This document shows, piece by piece, positions 45,100 to 55,532 of a stretch of 64,000 bases of DNA. The DNA is from a virus. Under the pieces are notes generated by a model. That model ran no database searches. It had not been told where the DNA came from and was given only the letters and a program-made list of their open reading frames with translations. A program made the position numbers and the translations under genes. Positions within the stretch are counted from its first letter, which is position 1, and every line of letters begins with the position of its first letter. The stretch is from IMG/VR virus record IMGVR_UViG_3300011113_000123, positions 64,001 through 128,000 of that record. One strand, given 5' to 3'.

Positions 45100-45576
45100 A
45101 TGATGAAAAACATGAATCTAGATGAAGTCCGCGAGTTCATTCGTAACACTTCTGACGAAACTTGCATCTATATCGGCGCTGACAGTGAACGCTATTGTGG
45201 AAAAAATAATCTGTGGTACGCCGACTACACGCTGGCTGTCGTGATTCACTACGACGGATCGCGCGGATGTAAGGTGTTTGGTAAGATGGAAACCGAACGC
45301 GACTATGATCAGCGTAAGGATCGTCCAGCTTATCGCTTAATGAACGAAGTGTATAAGGTTGCTCAGCTATACATGGATCTGGCTGAAGCGATTGGAGATA
45401 GACACGCTGAAGTTCATCTCGATATCAACCCTGATATTATCCACGGCAGCAGCTGCGTGGTGCAGCAAGCTGTCGGATACATTCGAGGAACGTGTAACGT
45501 TGTGCCTCGAGTGAAACCCGACGCTTTTGCTGCTTCTTATGCAGCTGATAGATTAAAGGAGATTCTTACCGCATGA
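45100..45576 (+). CDS. RNase H-like YkuK (DUF458) protein
   Basis: YIGADSE, RLMNEV, EVHLDIN, AASYAAD. Confidence 0.85.
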   Translation: MMKNMNLDEVREFIRNTSDETCIYIGADSERYCGKNNLWYADYTLAVVIHYDGSRGCKVFGKMETERDYDQRKDRPAYRLMNEVYKVAQLYMDLAEAIGDRHAEVHLDINPDIIHGSSCVVQQAVGYIRGTCNVVPRVKPDAFAASYAADRLKEILTA

Positions 45577-46163
45577 TTACGATAGAAAACTTCATCCTCC
45601 AATATGATAATCTTTTCTCAGCTCAGGAGTGCCAGCAGTTCATCGATTCATTCAATCGTATGGAGCGCGCTGGCTTCACGATCAGTCGTCAGAAAGAAGG
45701 AAATTCGTCGACTGTAAAGAAAGACGATCAGTTCTACTTCTCAGATTTCTTGTCTGGAATGGAACTGGATATATCTGACATAGCACCATTCAAGATGATG
45801 ACGGAGCGTTTCTGGAATAACGTATATCCAGCTTATGCTGAGCAGTATGGCGCTTTGAATCAAATGGCAAACATGACGGTTCGTTTGGCTAAGATTCAGA
45901 AGACTGAGATTGGTGGCGGATATCACATCTGGCACAATGAAGATGATACGCCACAAAACATGCGTCGCGTGGCTACGTTCATTCTGTATCTAAACGATGT
46001 GGATGAAGGCGGAGAGACGGAGTTCTTGTATTACCCAAAGCGAGTTAAGGCTAAAACTGGCAGATTCATTCTGTGGCCTGCTGGCTACACCCACACTCAT
46101 CGCGGCAATCCGCCAATCAGCAATACCAAATATATCGTCACTGGCTGGATGGAAATGACTTGA
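45573..46163 (+). CDS. 2OG-Fe(II) oxygenase
   Basis: WHNED, YLNDVDEGGETEF, HTHRGNPP, KYIVTGW. Confidence 0.9.
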   Translation: MITIENFILQYDNLFSAQECQQFIDSFNRMERAGFTISRQKEGNSSTVKKDDQFYFSDFLSGMELDISDIAPFKMMTERFWNNVYPAYAEQYGALNQMANMTVRLAKIQKTEIGGGYHIWHNEDDTPQNMRRVATFILYLNDVDEGGETEFLYYPKRVKAKTGRFILWPAGYTHTHRGNPPISNTKYIVTGWMEMT

Positions 46164-46188
46164 CAACCTGACCTTTTGTGCATATAAT
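46160..46188 (+). promoter_or_regulatory. perfect sigma70 promoter
   Basis: TTGACA-N17-TATAAT. Confidence 0.8.
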
Positions 46189-46213
46189 TGATATTGTCAT
46201 GAGGGGTCAGTAT

Positions 46214-46606
46214 ATGGCTATCTTACCAATCTACTACACCACTACCAACATGCGTAAGCGTAAGACTCGTAAGCCAACTCAGGCTATGATTGAGTCTCAG
46301 CGTAAGACACAAGAGTTGCTTGATCGTGTAGGCTATCGTAAGCCAACCAAAACGACTAAGAAATTCACATACTCACTCGAAGTAGAGTCTAATGCAGCTC
46401 CTATGTCTAACACCATTCCTGGTGGCATAGCTGCCAAGCGTGATAAGCTGAACGATCATAAATGGAAACGTGGTGCAGAAGAGTCTGCTGCTACTGTCAA
46501 AGCTATCGAGGATAAGGCTAAACGTCTTGCTCCTGCATTCAACAAAGGTGCAGTGCAATATATCACTGATGAAACTGATGCTAAGTATCTTGGGAGGAAG
46601 GTATGA
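46214..46606 (+). CDS. basic hypothetical protein
   Basis: GAGGGG RBS; APAFNKGAVQYI. Confidence 0.75.
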   Translation: MAILPIYYTTTNMRKRKTRKPTQAMIESQRKTQELLDRVGYRKPTKTTKKFTYSLEVESNAAPMSNTIPGGIAAKRDKLNDHKWKRGAEESAATVKAIEDKAKRLAPAFNKGAVQYITDETDAKYLGRKV

Positions 46607-46788
46607 ACTTGAAGTATCCAGCTCTATTTATTCTGCTTGCTGCTGGGTTAGGATTGATCAGCGTTGTCTATAAGATAGCGATAACGTTCTGGTCTGACGA
46701 TATGCTGCTAGTGTTCTGCGTTGGTTGTATGTTCGTGTCAGAATACCTGTCATGGATTAACTATTGGATGGAAAGGTACTGGAAATGA
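46603..46788 (+). CDS. small membrane protein
   Basis: two hydrophobic segments. Confidence 0.6.
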   Translation: MNLKYPALFILLAAGLGLISVVYKIAITFWSDDMLLVFCVGCMFVSEYLSWINYWMERYWK

Positions 46789-47033
46789 TTTTGACTAAGG
46801 AAGCGCTCGCTGAAATGCTTCGTGGTGATAAGCTGGAAGTATGTTTCACAAAGAAGGATGGCACCAATCGTGTTATGAACTGCACGTTGCAGGAAAACTT
46901 CCTACCTGTGTTTCAGGGTGCAGAAACTCGTAAGGAGAATCCCGAAGTGCTTGCTGTTTGGGATATAGATAATAATGGATGGCGTTCGTTTCGCCTCGAT
47001 TCTATTACTTCTGTGAGGATTGTTAATGACTAA
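46785..47033 (+). CDS. WYL-like/SH3 beta-barrel protein
   Basis: FTKKDGTNRVMNCT, VWDIDNNGWRSF. Confidence 0.8.
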   Translation: MILTKEALAEMLRGDKLEVCFTKKDGTNRVMNCTLQENFLPVFQGAETRKENPEVLAVWDIDNNGWRSFRLDSITSVRIVND

Positions 47034-48030
47034 ACTGAATATCGTCGGACTGAAAAACTCTGCAACCAAAGCTAAAGATATGGAGCCAGCAGAGAACGGA
47101 ACGTATGCTCATATTGGTTCCAAGGGTGGAACTGAGCAGATGTACGAAGGGCTCATGGCTCGACTACCTACAGAACTGACTGATAAGTTCAATATCATCT
47201 GCTCGCGCGTGCGCGAAGAAAATATCAGCAAGACTAAGAAGAATATCCTATGGCTCCACGACACATGGGATGATCCAGAGTCGCAGCACCTAAAGGATCG
47301 TAAAAGCCTTGACCGATTCGAGAAACTCGTATTCGTATCACACTATCAGCAATCTACTTACAATCTCGGGCTTGGAGTACCCTATGACAAGGGCGTCGTT
47401 ATCCAGAACGCGATCGTTCCTATCGAGCCTCATGAGAAGCCGCAGGGATCGACAATCAACCTTATCTATCATACCACTCCACATCGCGGACTGGAACTTC
47501 TGATTCCTGTATGCGAGTTCCTTGCTGATAAGGGATTAGACTTCCATCTCGACGTATATTCGTCGTTCAGTATCTATGGATGGCCTGATAGAGACGCTCA
47601 GTTCCAAAGCGTATTCGAGCGTATCAAGAATCATCCTAAGATGACGTATCATGGCTTCCAGCCAAACTCCGTTATCCGCGAAGCTCTGAAGAAGGCGCAC
47701 GTATACACGTATCCGTCGATTTGGCCTGAGACTTCTGGTATCTCAGTGATCGAGGCTATGAGCGCTGGCTGTAACGTTATCTGCCCAACGCTGGCTGCGT
47801 TACCTGAGACTACAGCCAACTTCGCGGTTCAGTATGGCTGGACTGAGGATAATAACAAGCACGCCAATATGTTCGCTGGCATCCTAGCCATGGTTATCCA
47901 GCAGTATCGTAGCCAATTCAACCAAGAGCGGCTCAAGTTCCAGAAAGCCTACTTTGATTCGTTCTACAATTGGGATACTAGAGCTAGACAGTGGCAGGAC
48001 TTCCTAACCTCCCTGAATAGGGGCCCTTGA
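47026..48030 (+). CDS. GT4-like glycosyltransferase
   Basis: GGTEQ, YHTTPHRGL, YPSIWPETSGISVIEAMSAG. Confidence 0.88.
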   Translation: MTKLNIVGLKNSATKAKDMEPAENGTYAHIGSKGGTEQMYEGLMARLPTELTDKFNIICSRVREENISKTKKNILWLHDTWDDPESQHLKDRKSLDRFEKLVFVSHYQQSTYNLGLGVPYDKGVVIQNAIVPIEPHEKPQGSTINLIYHTTPHRGLELLIPVCEFLADKGLDFHLDVYSSFSIYGWPDRDAQFQSVFERIKNHPKMTYHGFQPNSVIREALKKAHVYTYPSIWPETSGISVIEAMSAGCNVICPTLAALPETTANFAVQYGWTEDNNKHANMFAGILAMVIQQYRSQFNQERLKFQKAYFDSFYNWDTRARQWQDFLTSLNRGP

Positions 48031-48055
48031 CAATTACCCTGCCGCGTGGTATGAT
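48027..48055 (+). promoter_or_regulatory. sigma70 promoter
   Basis: TTGACA-N17-TATGAT. Confidence 0.8.
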
Positions 48056-48078
48056 AGATATAGTGAGAGGAGTGATTC

Positions 48079-49224
48079 ATGGCTAAGAGCTTACTCAAGT
48101 CTGCGCCCATCAAGAAGAAACGTACTATCACGCCACGCGGTTTCGACGCCAAGCATATGGGCGACGAGCCTTCTTGGGAAAATCAGTTTCTCGTAGATGA
48201 TGACGAGCGTCAGTCGATGCTCGGTCGTGCATACAATTGGTACAACTATTTCTACGAGGCTAAGACTGGGCGCAAGTGGCTCGTCGAGTATATGACAGAG
48301 CAGGGTATGTCCAAGGCTGCTATGTCGATGACCAATCGCGTGTCAGACGCGAAACTCAGCTCGACGATGTGTAATACTGCGCGCATGCTGTCGATGGGTC
48401 TGGAAGACAAGAAGCTTCAAGAGAAGCTGAACAACTATCTCGTCACTCTCGTCGAGCAGGGAGTTGCTATCGCTAAAGCTGAAAAGGCTGCGGCTGCTAA
48501 GGTAGCTCCCGCATATGAAAAGAATCCTGCGGCTGATCTTATCGCTACCATCGAAGAGATGATCGACCACGATCCCGACGAGGAATGGCGCAATTCTTTC
48601 TATAGCTGGCTCAAAGATACGAAGCAGGTCAAGCCGACTCAGGCTCGTGCGATCGCTGACTACTATCGCCCGTGGCTTGAAGAGCTGCGCGAAGTGGCTA
48701 CGACCAAAGACGCTGAACTCAAGTATGCGTATCGTCATCTGAATAAGAAAAAGCTCAAGGAACGTATCGCGCTGTTCACTGGCATCGTCAACGATTGCGA
48801 GTCTCTGGTATCCAATAGTCGTAAGACTGTCGCGCGCAAGCCGCGTAAAACTAAGCCTAAGACGGCTGACAAGATCGTATCCAAGATTAAGTTCCAGAAG
48901 GAAGATACCAATCTTAAGATCGTTTCTGTTGATCCTACAAAGATCGTAGGCTCTACTGAGCTCTGGGTGTTCAATACTAAGTACAACGTCCTTGCTCATT
49001 ATGTTGCTGGCGCTGGTGGGCTTTCCATGAAAGGCACTACGCTCCAGAACGTGAGCGATACATCCAAACAGAAGAAGCTGCGTAAGCCCGCAGATATTCT
49101 GCCTAAGATCACTGGCAGCACGGCTAAGGCTGCTGAACGTACATTCACTTCAATCAAGACTAAGGAAAGCGACCCTAATGGGCGAATCAACGAATACTGC
49201 ATCATCCTTCGCGCAGTCAAGTAA
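48079..49224 (+). CDS. conserved T4-like hypothetical protein
   Basis: AYNWYNYFY, LWVFNTKY, KKLRKP, NGRINE. Confidence 0.8.
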   Translation: MAKSLLKSAPIKKKRTITPRGFDAKHMGDEPSWENQFLVDDDERQSMLGRAYNWYNYFYEAKTGRKWLVEYMTEQGMSKAAMSMTNRVSDAKLSSTMCNTARMLSMGLEDKKLQEKLNNYLVTLVEQGVAIAKAEKAAAAKVAPAYEKNPAADLIATIEEMIDHDPDEEWRNSFYSWLKDTKQVKPTQARAIADYYRPWLEELREVATTKDAELKYAYRHLNKKKLKERIALFTGIVNDCESLVSNSRKTVARKPRKTKPKTADKIVSKIKFQKEDTNLKIVSVDPTKIVGSTELWVFNTKYNVLAHYVAGAGGLSMKGTTLQNVSDTSKQKKLRKPADILPKITGSTAKAAERTFTSIKTKESDPNGRINEYCIILRAVK

Positions 49225-49549
49225 TGTTCTGCGCTTTCCTAAGAAAAGCATAAGAACTATCCTACCAGATGAAGATCAAGAAGCTCGTGATGCGGCGCGT
49301 CGTTTGTATGTTGATGAGGTGGTAGAGTCATATGCTTCTCATTTGGCTAACAAGTTGGCTCAGCAAGGTTTCGATGTGTTCCATGATGCGTTCGACAAGC
49401 ATTTTGGCTTTACGATGGAAGCCTTTAGGTCTACGTTGCTTTTGACGATGGAACTGGATCATCCGTTCCAGGAGATCGTCGAGCAAACGGTACAGACGAT
49501 TAAGGATGTTCGCCCAATTGAAGTCGAAGACGATTTCGATCCAGCTTGA
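49178..49549 (+). CDS. hypothetical protein
   Basis: ORF filling the gap. Confidence 0.6.
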   Translation: MGESTNTASSFAQSSNVLRFPKKSIRTILPDEDQEARDAARRLYVDEVVESYASHLANKLAQQGFDVFHDAFDKHFGFTMEAFRSTLLLTMELDHPFQEIVEQTVQTIKDVRPIEVEDDFDPA

Positions 49550-49574
49550 CAACCACGCATAGATAGTATATGAT
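49546..49574 (+). promoter_or_regulatory. sigma70 promoter heading the rnh-to-TET/TAGT gene run
   Basis: TTGACA-N17-TATGAT. Confidence 0.75.
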
Positions 49575-49597
49575 ACTATCATGCAATGGAGTTCGTT

Positions 49598-50461
49598 ATG
49601 ATTCTCGTAGATTTTAGCCAGGTCATGATTTCTAACATCATGATGCAGCTAGCCAACAATGAGAGCAAGCTCGAAGAGGATATGGTTCGCCATATGGTTC
49701 TATCGAGTCTGCGTCTATACAAGCGCAAGTTTGGCGCTGAGTACGGCGAGATTGTTATCTGTGCCGACGGTCCTTCGTACTGGCGTCGTGAGATCTATCC
49801 TCACTACAAGGCTGGTCGTCGTAAGGCTCGTGACAAGTCGCAGCATGACTGGTCGCTGATCTTCAATGCACTGCATAAGATCCGTGATGAGATCGCTGAC
49901 AATATGCCTTATCCTGTTCTGCGTTTCGAGCGTGCGGAAGCTGACGACATCATCGGTGCTCTGTGTCACCAGTTTGGTATGCACGGCATGCTCACTGATC
50001 CCAAGATCCTTATCATCTCAGGTGACAAGGACTTCGCTCAGCTGCAGAAGTATGATAACGTCCAGCAGTATAGCCCTATCACTAAGAAGTTCATCGTGCC
50101 TGATGTGAATCCTGAGCGATTCAAGCAGTATCATATCCTGCAAGGTGACGTTGGTGACGGCGTACCTAACTTCTTATCGGCTGACGATACGTTCGTATCT
50201 GGTGGTCGTCAGAAGCCTCTTCCCAAGAAAAAGCTCGAAGAGTGGACGCTGATGAATCCAGAAGAGTTCTGTCAGGGTGAAATGTTGCGCAATTATCACA
50301 GAAACAAAATGATGGTCGATCTTGATTGCATTCCTGACGATCTACAGAAAGAAATCGTATCTGCGTATGCTACATACAATCGTAATCCACGCAGCAAGAT
50401 CTTCAACTACTTCATCGAACATCGCCTGCGTCAACTAACTGAAGCCATCTCGGAGTTCTGA
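49598..50461 (+). CDS. rnh: T4 RNase H (5'-3' exonuclease)
   Basis: ILVDFSQ, YWRR..YK..R, EADDII, SGDKDFAQL, GDVGDGVPN. Confidence 0.95.
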   Translation: MILVDFSQVMISNIMMQLANNESKLEEDMVRHMVLSSLRLYKRKFGAEYGEIVICADGPSYWRREIYPHYKAGRRKARDKSQHDWSLIFNALHKIRDEIADNMPYPVLRFERAEADDIIGALCHQFGMHGMLTDPKILIISGDKDFAQLQKYDNVQQYSPITKKFIVPDVNPERFKQYHILQGDVGDGVPNFLSADDTFVSGGRQKPLPKKKLEEWTLMNPEEFCQGEMLRNYHRNKMMVDLDCIPDDLQKEIVSAYATYNRNPRSKIFNYFIEHRLRQLTEAISEF

Positions 50462-50462
50462 T

Positions 50463-50660
50463 ATGACTAGCTTTATGATCGCTGTTCAAATATGTCTGAC
50501 GCTACTGGTTACTGGCGGCATGACTTATCTCATGATTAAGAACGTCGTCGTCGAAGACGTAAAGAACGTCACTCAGTATCAGAAATTCGTGGCTGTGTTG
50601 CTTCTTATCCACGCCGTCCTCGGTCCTATCGCCCTCATCAATCTTATCTGGAGTTACTAA
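50463..50660 (+). CDS. small membrane protein
   Basis: two TM segments. Confidence 0.6.
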   Translation: MTSFMIAVQICLTLLVTGGMTYLMIKNVVVEDVKNVTQYQKFVAVLLLIHAVLGPIALINLIWSY

Positions 50661-51079
50661 TGATCGATCTGAATAAGTATGCAGAATTCGTCATGGCTGT
50701 TACGAGCAAGGAAAGCCGCGAAACGCAGGTTTTCATTGACAGGATGAAGGAACTCCAGTATCATGATGAAGATAGCAGGAGCAAGCTCAATCTGTCGTTG
50801 CTGATTACTGCTATGATTGGGCTTACCAGCGAGGCTGGTGAAGCGCAAGAGATTCTCAAGAAGGTTCTGTTTCAGGGTAAGCCGTTCACTGAAGATACTC
50901 GTCAGCATCTCAAGAAGGAGCTTGGTGATGTGATTTGGTACTGGATCAATGCTTGTAATGCTCTTCAGCTCGATCCCAATGAAGTCGTGGCTGAAAACGT
51001 GAAGAAGCTCGAAGCTCGCTATCCTGGCGGCAAGTTCGATGCGTACTACTCCGAAAATCGTAAAGAAGGCGATATCTAA
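50660..51079 (+). CDS. MazG-like nucleotide pyrophosphohydrolase
   Basis: SEAGEAQE, KELGDVIWY, NVKKLEARYP. Confidence 0.9.
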   Translation: MIDLNKYAEFVMAVTSKESRETQVFIDRMKELQYHDEDSRSKLNLSLLITAMIGLTSEAGEAQEILKKVLFQGKPFTEDTRQHLKKELGDVIWYWINACNALQLDPNEVVAENVKKLEARYPGGKFDAYYSENRKEGDI

Positions 51080-51387
51080 TGTCCAAGCTCGTTATGGTCG
51101 ACGTTCTTTCTTCGTTTCGTTTGCGCTACGTAGTTCGTGCAAACACTGTTGAAGACGCGCTCGATGAAGTTGTGATGCGCGAAAACGATGCTGACTTCAA
51201 GGAGTTCAGTCAGAAGCACCTCGAACCAACAGCGATCATCGATCATCGCGAAATCACTGAAGAGGAGTATCTTCAGATCTTCAGTGAAGACAACGACTAT
51301 CTGAAGACCTGGACGGACGAGCAGAAGAGGAATTATATCAACGTGATTGACTATTACGAACAGAAGGAGAATAAACATGGCGCTTGA
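51079..51387 (+). CDS. hypothetical protein
   Basis: coupled ORF. Confidence 0.7.
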   Translation: MSKLVMVDVLSSFRLRYVVRANTVEDALDEVVMRENDADFKEFSQKHLEPTAIIDHREITEEEYLQIFSEDNDYLKTWTDEQKRNYINVIDYYEQKENKHGA

Positions 51388-51940
51388 TACCAATAAGTGC
51401 ATGGCAAATATCGTATCGAAGATTGAAGCACAGACTACCGTCGAAAAGCAGGTTGAGTTTCTTCAGTTGCATAGTTCATATGCTTTGAAGGCTGTACTGG
51501 GTTATGGTATGGATCCGAACGTGAAGTGGTTGCTTCCTGATGGTGATCCGCCGTATCGCGGTTTGTTTGACGCTTCTGACCAGGAAGGTCGTTTCTATGT
51601 CGAGTGCAAGAAGCTGATCTATTTCGTTGATAGTGAAGAAGGTCGTCAGGTTAAGCAGATCAAGCGTGAACAGTTGTTCATCCAGGTGCTTGAGTCTATT
51701 GATGCTCGCGACGCGAAGCTGCTTCTTCGCATGAAGAATCGTCAGATCAATATCAAGCCCGAAGCTATCGCTCAGGCGTTCCCTAACATGTGGGAAGCGT
51801 GGGGTCGTACTGTTGCGAAGCCGGTCGTGATCCAGGAGGTAGCTCCTCAGGAAACTCCTTTTCGTACCGAAGAAGCAGAAGTTCCTGTCAAGCGTGGTCG
51901 CGGGCGCCCTAAGGGTTCTACTAAGAAGGAAGTAGCATGA
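51377..51940 (+). CDS. conserved T4-like protein with C-terminal AT-hook
   Basis: WLLPDGDPPY, KREQLFIQVLES; KRGRGRPKGS. Confidence 0.75.
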   Translation: MALDTNKCMANIVSKIEAQTTVEKQVEFLQLHSSYALKAVLGYGMDPNVKWLLPDGDPPYRGLFDASDQEGRFYVECKKLIYFVDSEEGRQVKQIKREQLFIQVLESIDARDAKLLLRMKNRQINIKPEAIAQAFPNMWEAWGRTVAKPVVIQEVAPQETPFRTEEAEVPVKRGRGRPKGSTKKEVA

Positions 51941-52515
51941 ACACCGCCTTTATCATTGGTAACGGAACGAGTCGCTCTGACTTCGACCTAAAGAGGCTCA
52001 AGCCTTATGGAACGATCTATGGATGTAATGCGCTTTATCGTGATTTCCCTGATCACTCTATTCCTGACTTCCTCGTTGCTATTGATGACGGTATTATTGC
52101 AGAGATAGAATTCAGTAGGTTCCCGTCTAATCGTTTCATCGTTCCACCGATTGATGAGCGCTGGGAACCTTCTGAGTGTAACATCGGTCGCCCTCGTAGC
52201 AACGCTGGTATGAATGCTATGCGTGAGGCTATCAAGGCTGGGCATAATCAGCTGATCTGTCTTGGGTTTGACTTCCTCATTGGTGGTAAGAATCAGTTCT
52301 TGTCGAATCTGTATGACGGCACCGAGAACTATGGTCCAGACACTCGCGCGAGCGCGGGAGACAATCCTGGTCGTGTCAACTATCTTCAGTGGTTGGTACG
52401 TAAGCATCCAGACGTTGACTTTATCTTTATCTATCCAGATATCGAAAATGTGACAGTGATTAACGGCGATAATGTCTATTACAACACATTTGAAAAACTC
52501 TTGAAACATACATAG
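51937..52515 (+). CDS. glycosyltransferase-like Rossmann protein
   Basis: IIGNGTSR, YGCNALYRD, LGFD, NLYDGT. Confidence 0.65.
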   Translation: MNTAFIIGNGTSRSDFDLKRLKPYGTIYGCNALYRDFPDHSIPDFLVAIDDGIIAEIEFSRFPSNRFIVPPIDERWEPSECNIGRPRSNAGMNAMREAIKAGHNQLICLGFDFLIGGKNQFLSNLYDGTENYGPDTRASAGDNPGRVNYLQWLVRKHPDVDFIFIYPDIENVTVINGDNVYYNTFEKLLKHT

Positions 52516-52544
52516 CATCGTAGAAATTAAAGAAGGAGAGTGCT

Positions 52545-53954
52545 ATGGTTAAGAAAATCTATCTTGAACATTCAGATCGAAACAAGATGGATCACTTGTT
52601 GGGTAAGTTCCTCGATCACGACTGCTATGATCTAGTGCTCACCGAGGATACCGATGTTTACGAACCACTGACTCAGTTGCAGATTGACCAGGGCGAAACA
52701 CACAGCGAAAAGAATCTGCTATGTAAGTTCCGTAAAGGTGTGTTCAGCAAAGAAATGACGGACGCGGCATATAAGGCGCTGCGTTCTGGTGCCATCATGT
52801 CAGACAATCGTGGTCTTGCTGCTGGTATCTTTCGCGACACAGCATATCAGAAGCTGCCTGACGGCGAAGGTTCTCGTCGTTGGGTTACAGAGCGCGAGAG
52901 AGCTGTCCTTCAGTATATGTTGAAGGATTCTCCTAAGACTGTTAATGAAGAAGATCAGTTAGAAGAGATCTATAAGAGTAATCCAGACACTCCTCTTCAG
53001 GGGCGCGGTTCTGGAGCGCATAAAGCTAAGGGTGATATTGGCGCAGGTGCTATCTGGATTGTTAACAAGTCGAAAGACTTTGTTTTCGATGACTGGTACA
53101 ACTCTGTAAAAGATAAGAGCCCGGCTGAGCGTCGTATGGCTGCGGATCATATTCTCAATGATCTAATCTCAGACACGACTTATGCTAACGGTGTTCGCTC
53201 AGGCGTTGGTGGCTTCATGGATCGTTATCCGCGTATTCCGTTCTGTCGCGAGACAGGTTGGAGTGCGAGCCATCATAAGCTATACGAAGCTGCGCTTCCG
53301 TTGTTTGAACAGGCTTCGAAAGTGTTCGAGGAAAATCTACCAGTGCGCTTTGCTGGTCAGATGGAAGCTATGAAGCAGCTTGGTCCAGATTGGCAAATCG
53401 GTAACACGCCATACACTACTCTAACCATCAATCGCGACTTCCGCACAGCTGCTCATCGCGACGTTGGTGATCTGTGTGAGTCGTGGGAGTCTCATGCAAA
53501 TCCACGCGGCTTCTCGAATCTGCTAGTATTAGACAACGGAAAGAGCTATAATGGATTCTATCTTTGCTTCCCTGAGTTTCGTGTAGCGGCTGATATTCGT
53601 GCTGGCGATATGATTATGATGAACGCACATCGTATTCATAGCAACAGCCCAGCCTTCGACTACGAAGAAGGCTTCGAGCGTATGTCAGTTGTGATGTACT
53701 TCCGCGAGTCTATGCTGGAGTGTGGTAGCCGTAAGTATGAAGATACACGTCGCAGCTTCGTGTACATGCGCGCGAACAACAAAGAACATCCTTTGTGGAA
53801 AGAAGGATGGAATGGTGTATCGCCTGGAATGTGGGATACTGAAGAATGGGGTGAGTACCTCGGAAACAATGGTCTCACTGACGAAGCAGAAGAAGTCCTA
53901 AGTAAGATTGGTAAGAGTGATCGATTAGTAACTCTCGAAGATTACTTTGCATAA
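52545..53954 (+). CDS. TET/JBP-family 2OG-Fe(II) nucleic-acid dioxygenase
   Basis: TTLTINRDFRTAAHRD (HxD), IHSN, ERMSVVMYFRE; CRETGW. Confidence 0.88.
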   Translation: MVKKIYLEHSDRNKMDHLLGKFLDHDCYDLVLTEDTDVYEPLTQLQIDQGETHSEKNLLCKFRKGVFSKEMTDAAYKALRSGAIMSDNRGLAAGIFRDTAYQKLPDGEGSRRWVTERERAVLQYMLKDSPKTVNEEDQLEEIYKSNPDTPLQGRGSGAHKAKGDIGAGAIWIVNKSKDFVFDDWYNSVKDKSPAERRMAADHILNDLISDTTYANGVRSGVGGFMDRYPRIPFCRETGWSASHHKLYEAALPLFEQASKVFEENLPVRFAGQMEAMKQLGPDWQIGNTPYTTLTINRDFRTAAHRDVGDLCESWESHANPRGFSNLLVLDNGKSYNGFYLCFPEFRVAADIRAGDMIMMNAHRIHSNSPAFDYEEGFERMSVVMYFRESMLECGSRKYEDTRRSFVYMRANNKEHPLWKEGWNGVSPGMWDTEEWGEYLGNNGLTDEAEEVLSKIGKSDRLVTLEDYFA

Positions 53955-53969
53955 ATCAAGAGGTCGTTA

Positions 53970-55532
53970 ATGTATTGCGTGATTCCTGCGGCAGGGCGCG
54001 GTGTTCGTTTCAACGAACTAGGTAAGAACTATCCGAAGTGCGTCCTGCCATATAAAGATATTCCAATCATCGTTCATAACATTAGACTGGCTCTCGATTC
54101 GGGAGCCAGAGAAGTTTCTATAGTCGTCGGTCATCAGGGTGATAAGATTCGTGAGATCGTCGGAATGTACTTTCCGGAAGATCCGCGCATCATCTTCTCG
54201 GAGTATCAAGAAACAGCCTCAATAGGTGGTCCTGGCGTTTCAATCTACTGCGGTATCCCTGATGACATCGGTGATGAGTCTGTCCTGATTCTTCTTTCCG
54301 ATATCGTCGTAGAACATGTTTTGATTAACAATTCTAAAACATCCTGGATTTCTGTTCAGCAAGTTCCTGATTGGGAACGCTGGTGTATGGCTGAGACTAA
54401 AGATGGAACAATCGTAAAGTTCCACGATAAGCCGCGCGATATGCCTCCGACTAGTCATGCGGTCAGCGGAGTCTATTACTTTAGAAACGCATCGTTGTTC
54501 CGTAGTTGTTTGATTGATGCTATCAAAGATACTCGTTATGGCGAAGTTCAGATTTCTTCAGCGATGTCGCGCTATATGGAAAAGGAATCTATCTATACGA
54601 AGCCAATCAGGATCGTCGATTTCGGTACGTTGCAAGAGTATCTCGAGAATCGTGGTGTAAAGAACTCGCGTTCGTTCAATACGCTCTATCATTCTGGTGA
54701 TGAAACTACGATCACGAAAACATCTGTTGCTCATCCAGAAAAGATTCATGCGGAAGCTAACTGGTACGACAATCTTCCGACGCCTATCAAGATGATGACA
54801 CCTCGCATCTTTGATAAGACGTTGTATGGTGATCGACCAATGTATACGATGGAGCGTATCGACAGCCCTACGTTGCGTGAGCTATATCTGTATCTCGAAT
54901 CTGATCCTATCTTCTGGGCTGAAATCTTTACGAAACTCTTTGATCTAACCGACAAGTTCAAGTTCTACACGAAGCCTGGTAAGCCAGAGTTCTTCGATCG
55001 TGTCGTAGACAAGACGTTCTCGAGATTCACAGAAGTCGATGCTGATCTCATAGAGAACGACGATCATGCGTTCATGAACAAGTTCTATGAAATGAATCAG
55101 CAGGGTATGTTCAACGTATTCCCTGACTCCCTGTTCCATGGCGACTTCTGCTTCTCTAACATCTTCTATCATCCAGGCAGCAAGCATATCAAGTTCATCG
55201 ATCCGCGCGGCGACGCGTATGGTAACATCTTGTATGACTTGGCTAAGATCACACATTCAGCATACTACCCATACGATTATGTTGATGCGGAACTCTATCT
55301 AAATAAGAGTGGCGAAAAGCTATACATCTTCGATAGTGGCAAAGAAGTCGCTCGCGAAGCGTACAAGAAGCTCTTCGTTGCCAAATACGGTGAGTCAACG
55401 TGGCAGATCAATTTGTTCTTGACAGCTACTCTGTTTTTGAGTATGATTCCCTTACACTCACACAATAAGGTCAACCAAGAGTTATTCTATGCGCTCTATC
55501 GTAAGGCGGCCGCAGACAGCGGATTTGTTTGA
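53970..55532 (+). CDS. sugar-phosphate nucleotidyltransferase fused to APH/choline-kinase-like domain
   Basis: IPAAGRGVRF...PK, DFGT; HGDFCFSNI, IDPRG, YDLAK. Confidence 0.9.
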   Translation: MYCVIPAAGRGVRFNELGKNYPKCVLPYKDIPIIVHNIRLALDSGAREVSIVVGHQGDKIREIVGMYFPEDPRIIFSEYQETASIGGPGVSIYCGIPDDIGDESVLILLSDIVVEHVLINNSKTSWISVQQVPDWERWCMAETKDGTIVKFHDKPRDMPPTSHAVSGVYYFRNASLFRSCLIDAIKDTRYGEVQISSAMSRYMEKESIYTKPIRIVDFGTLQEYLENRGVKNSRSFNTLYHSGDETTITKTSVAHPEKIHAEANWYDNLPTPIKMMTPRIFDKTLYGDRPMYTMERIDSPTLRELYLYLESDPIFWAEIFTKLFDLTDKFKFYTKPGKPEFFDRVVDKTFSRFTEVDADLIENDDHAFMNKFYEMNQQGMFNVFPDSLFHGDFCFSNIFYHPGSKHIKFIDPRGDAYGNILYDLAKITHSAYYPYDYVDAELYLNKSGEKLYIFDSGKEVAREAYKKLFVAKYGESTWQINLFLTATLFLSMIPLHSHNKVNQELFYALYRKAAADSGFV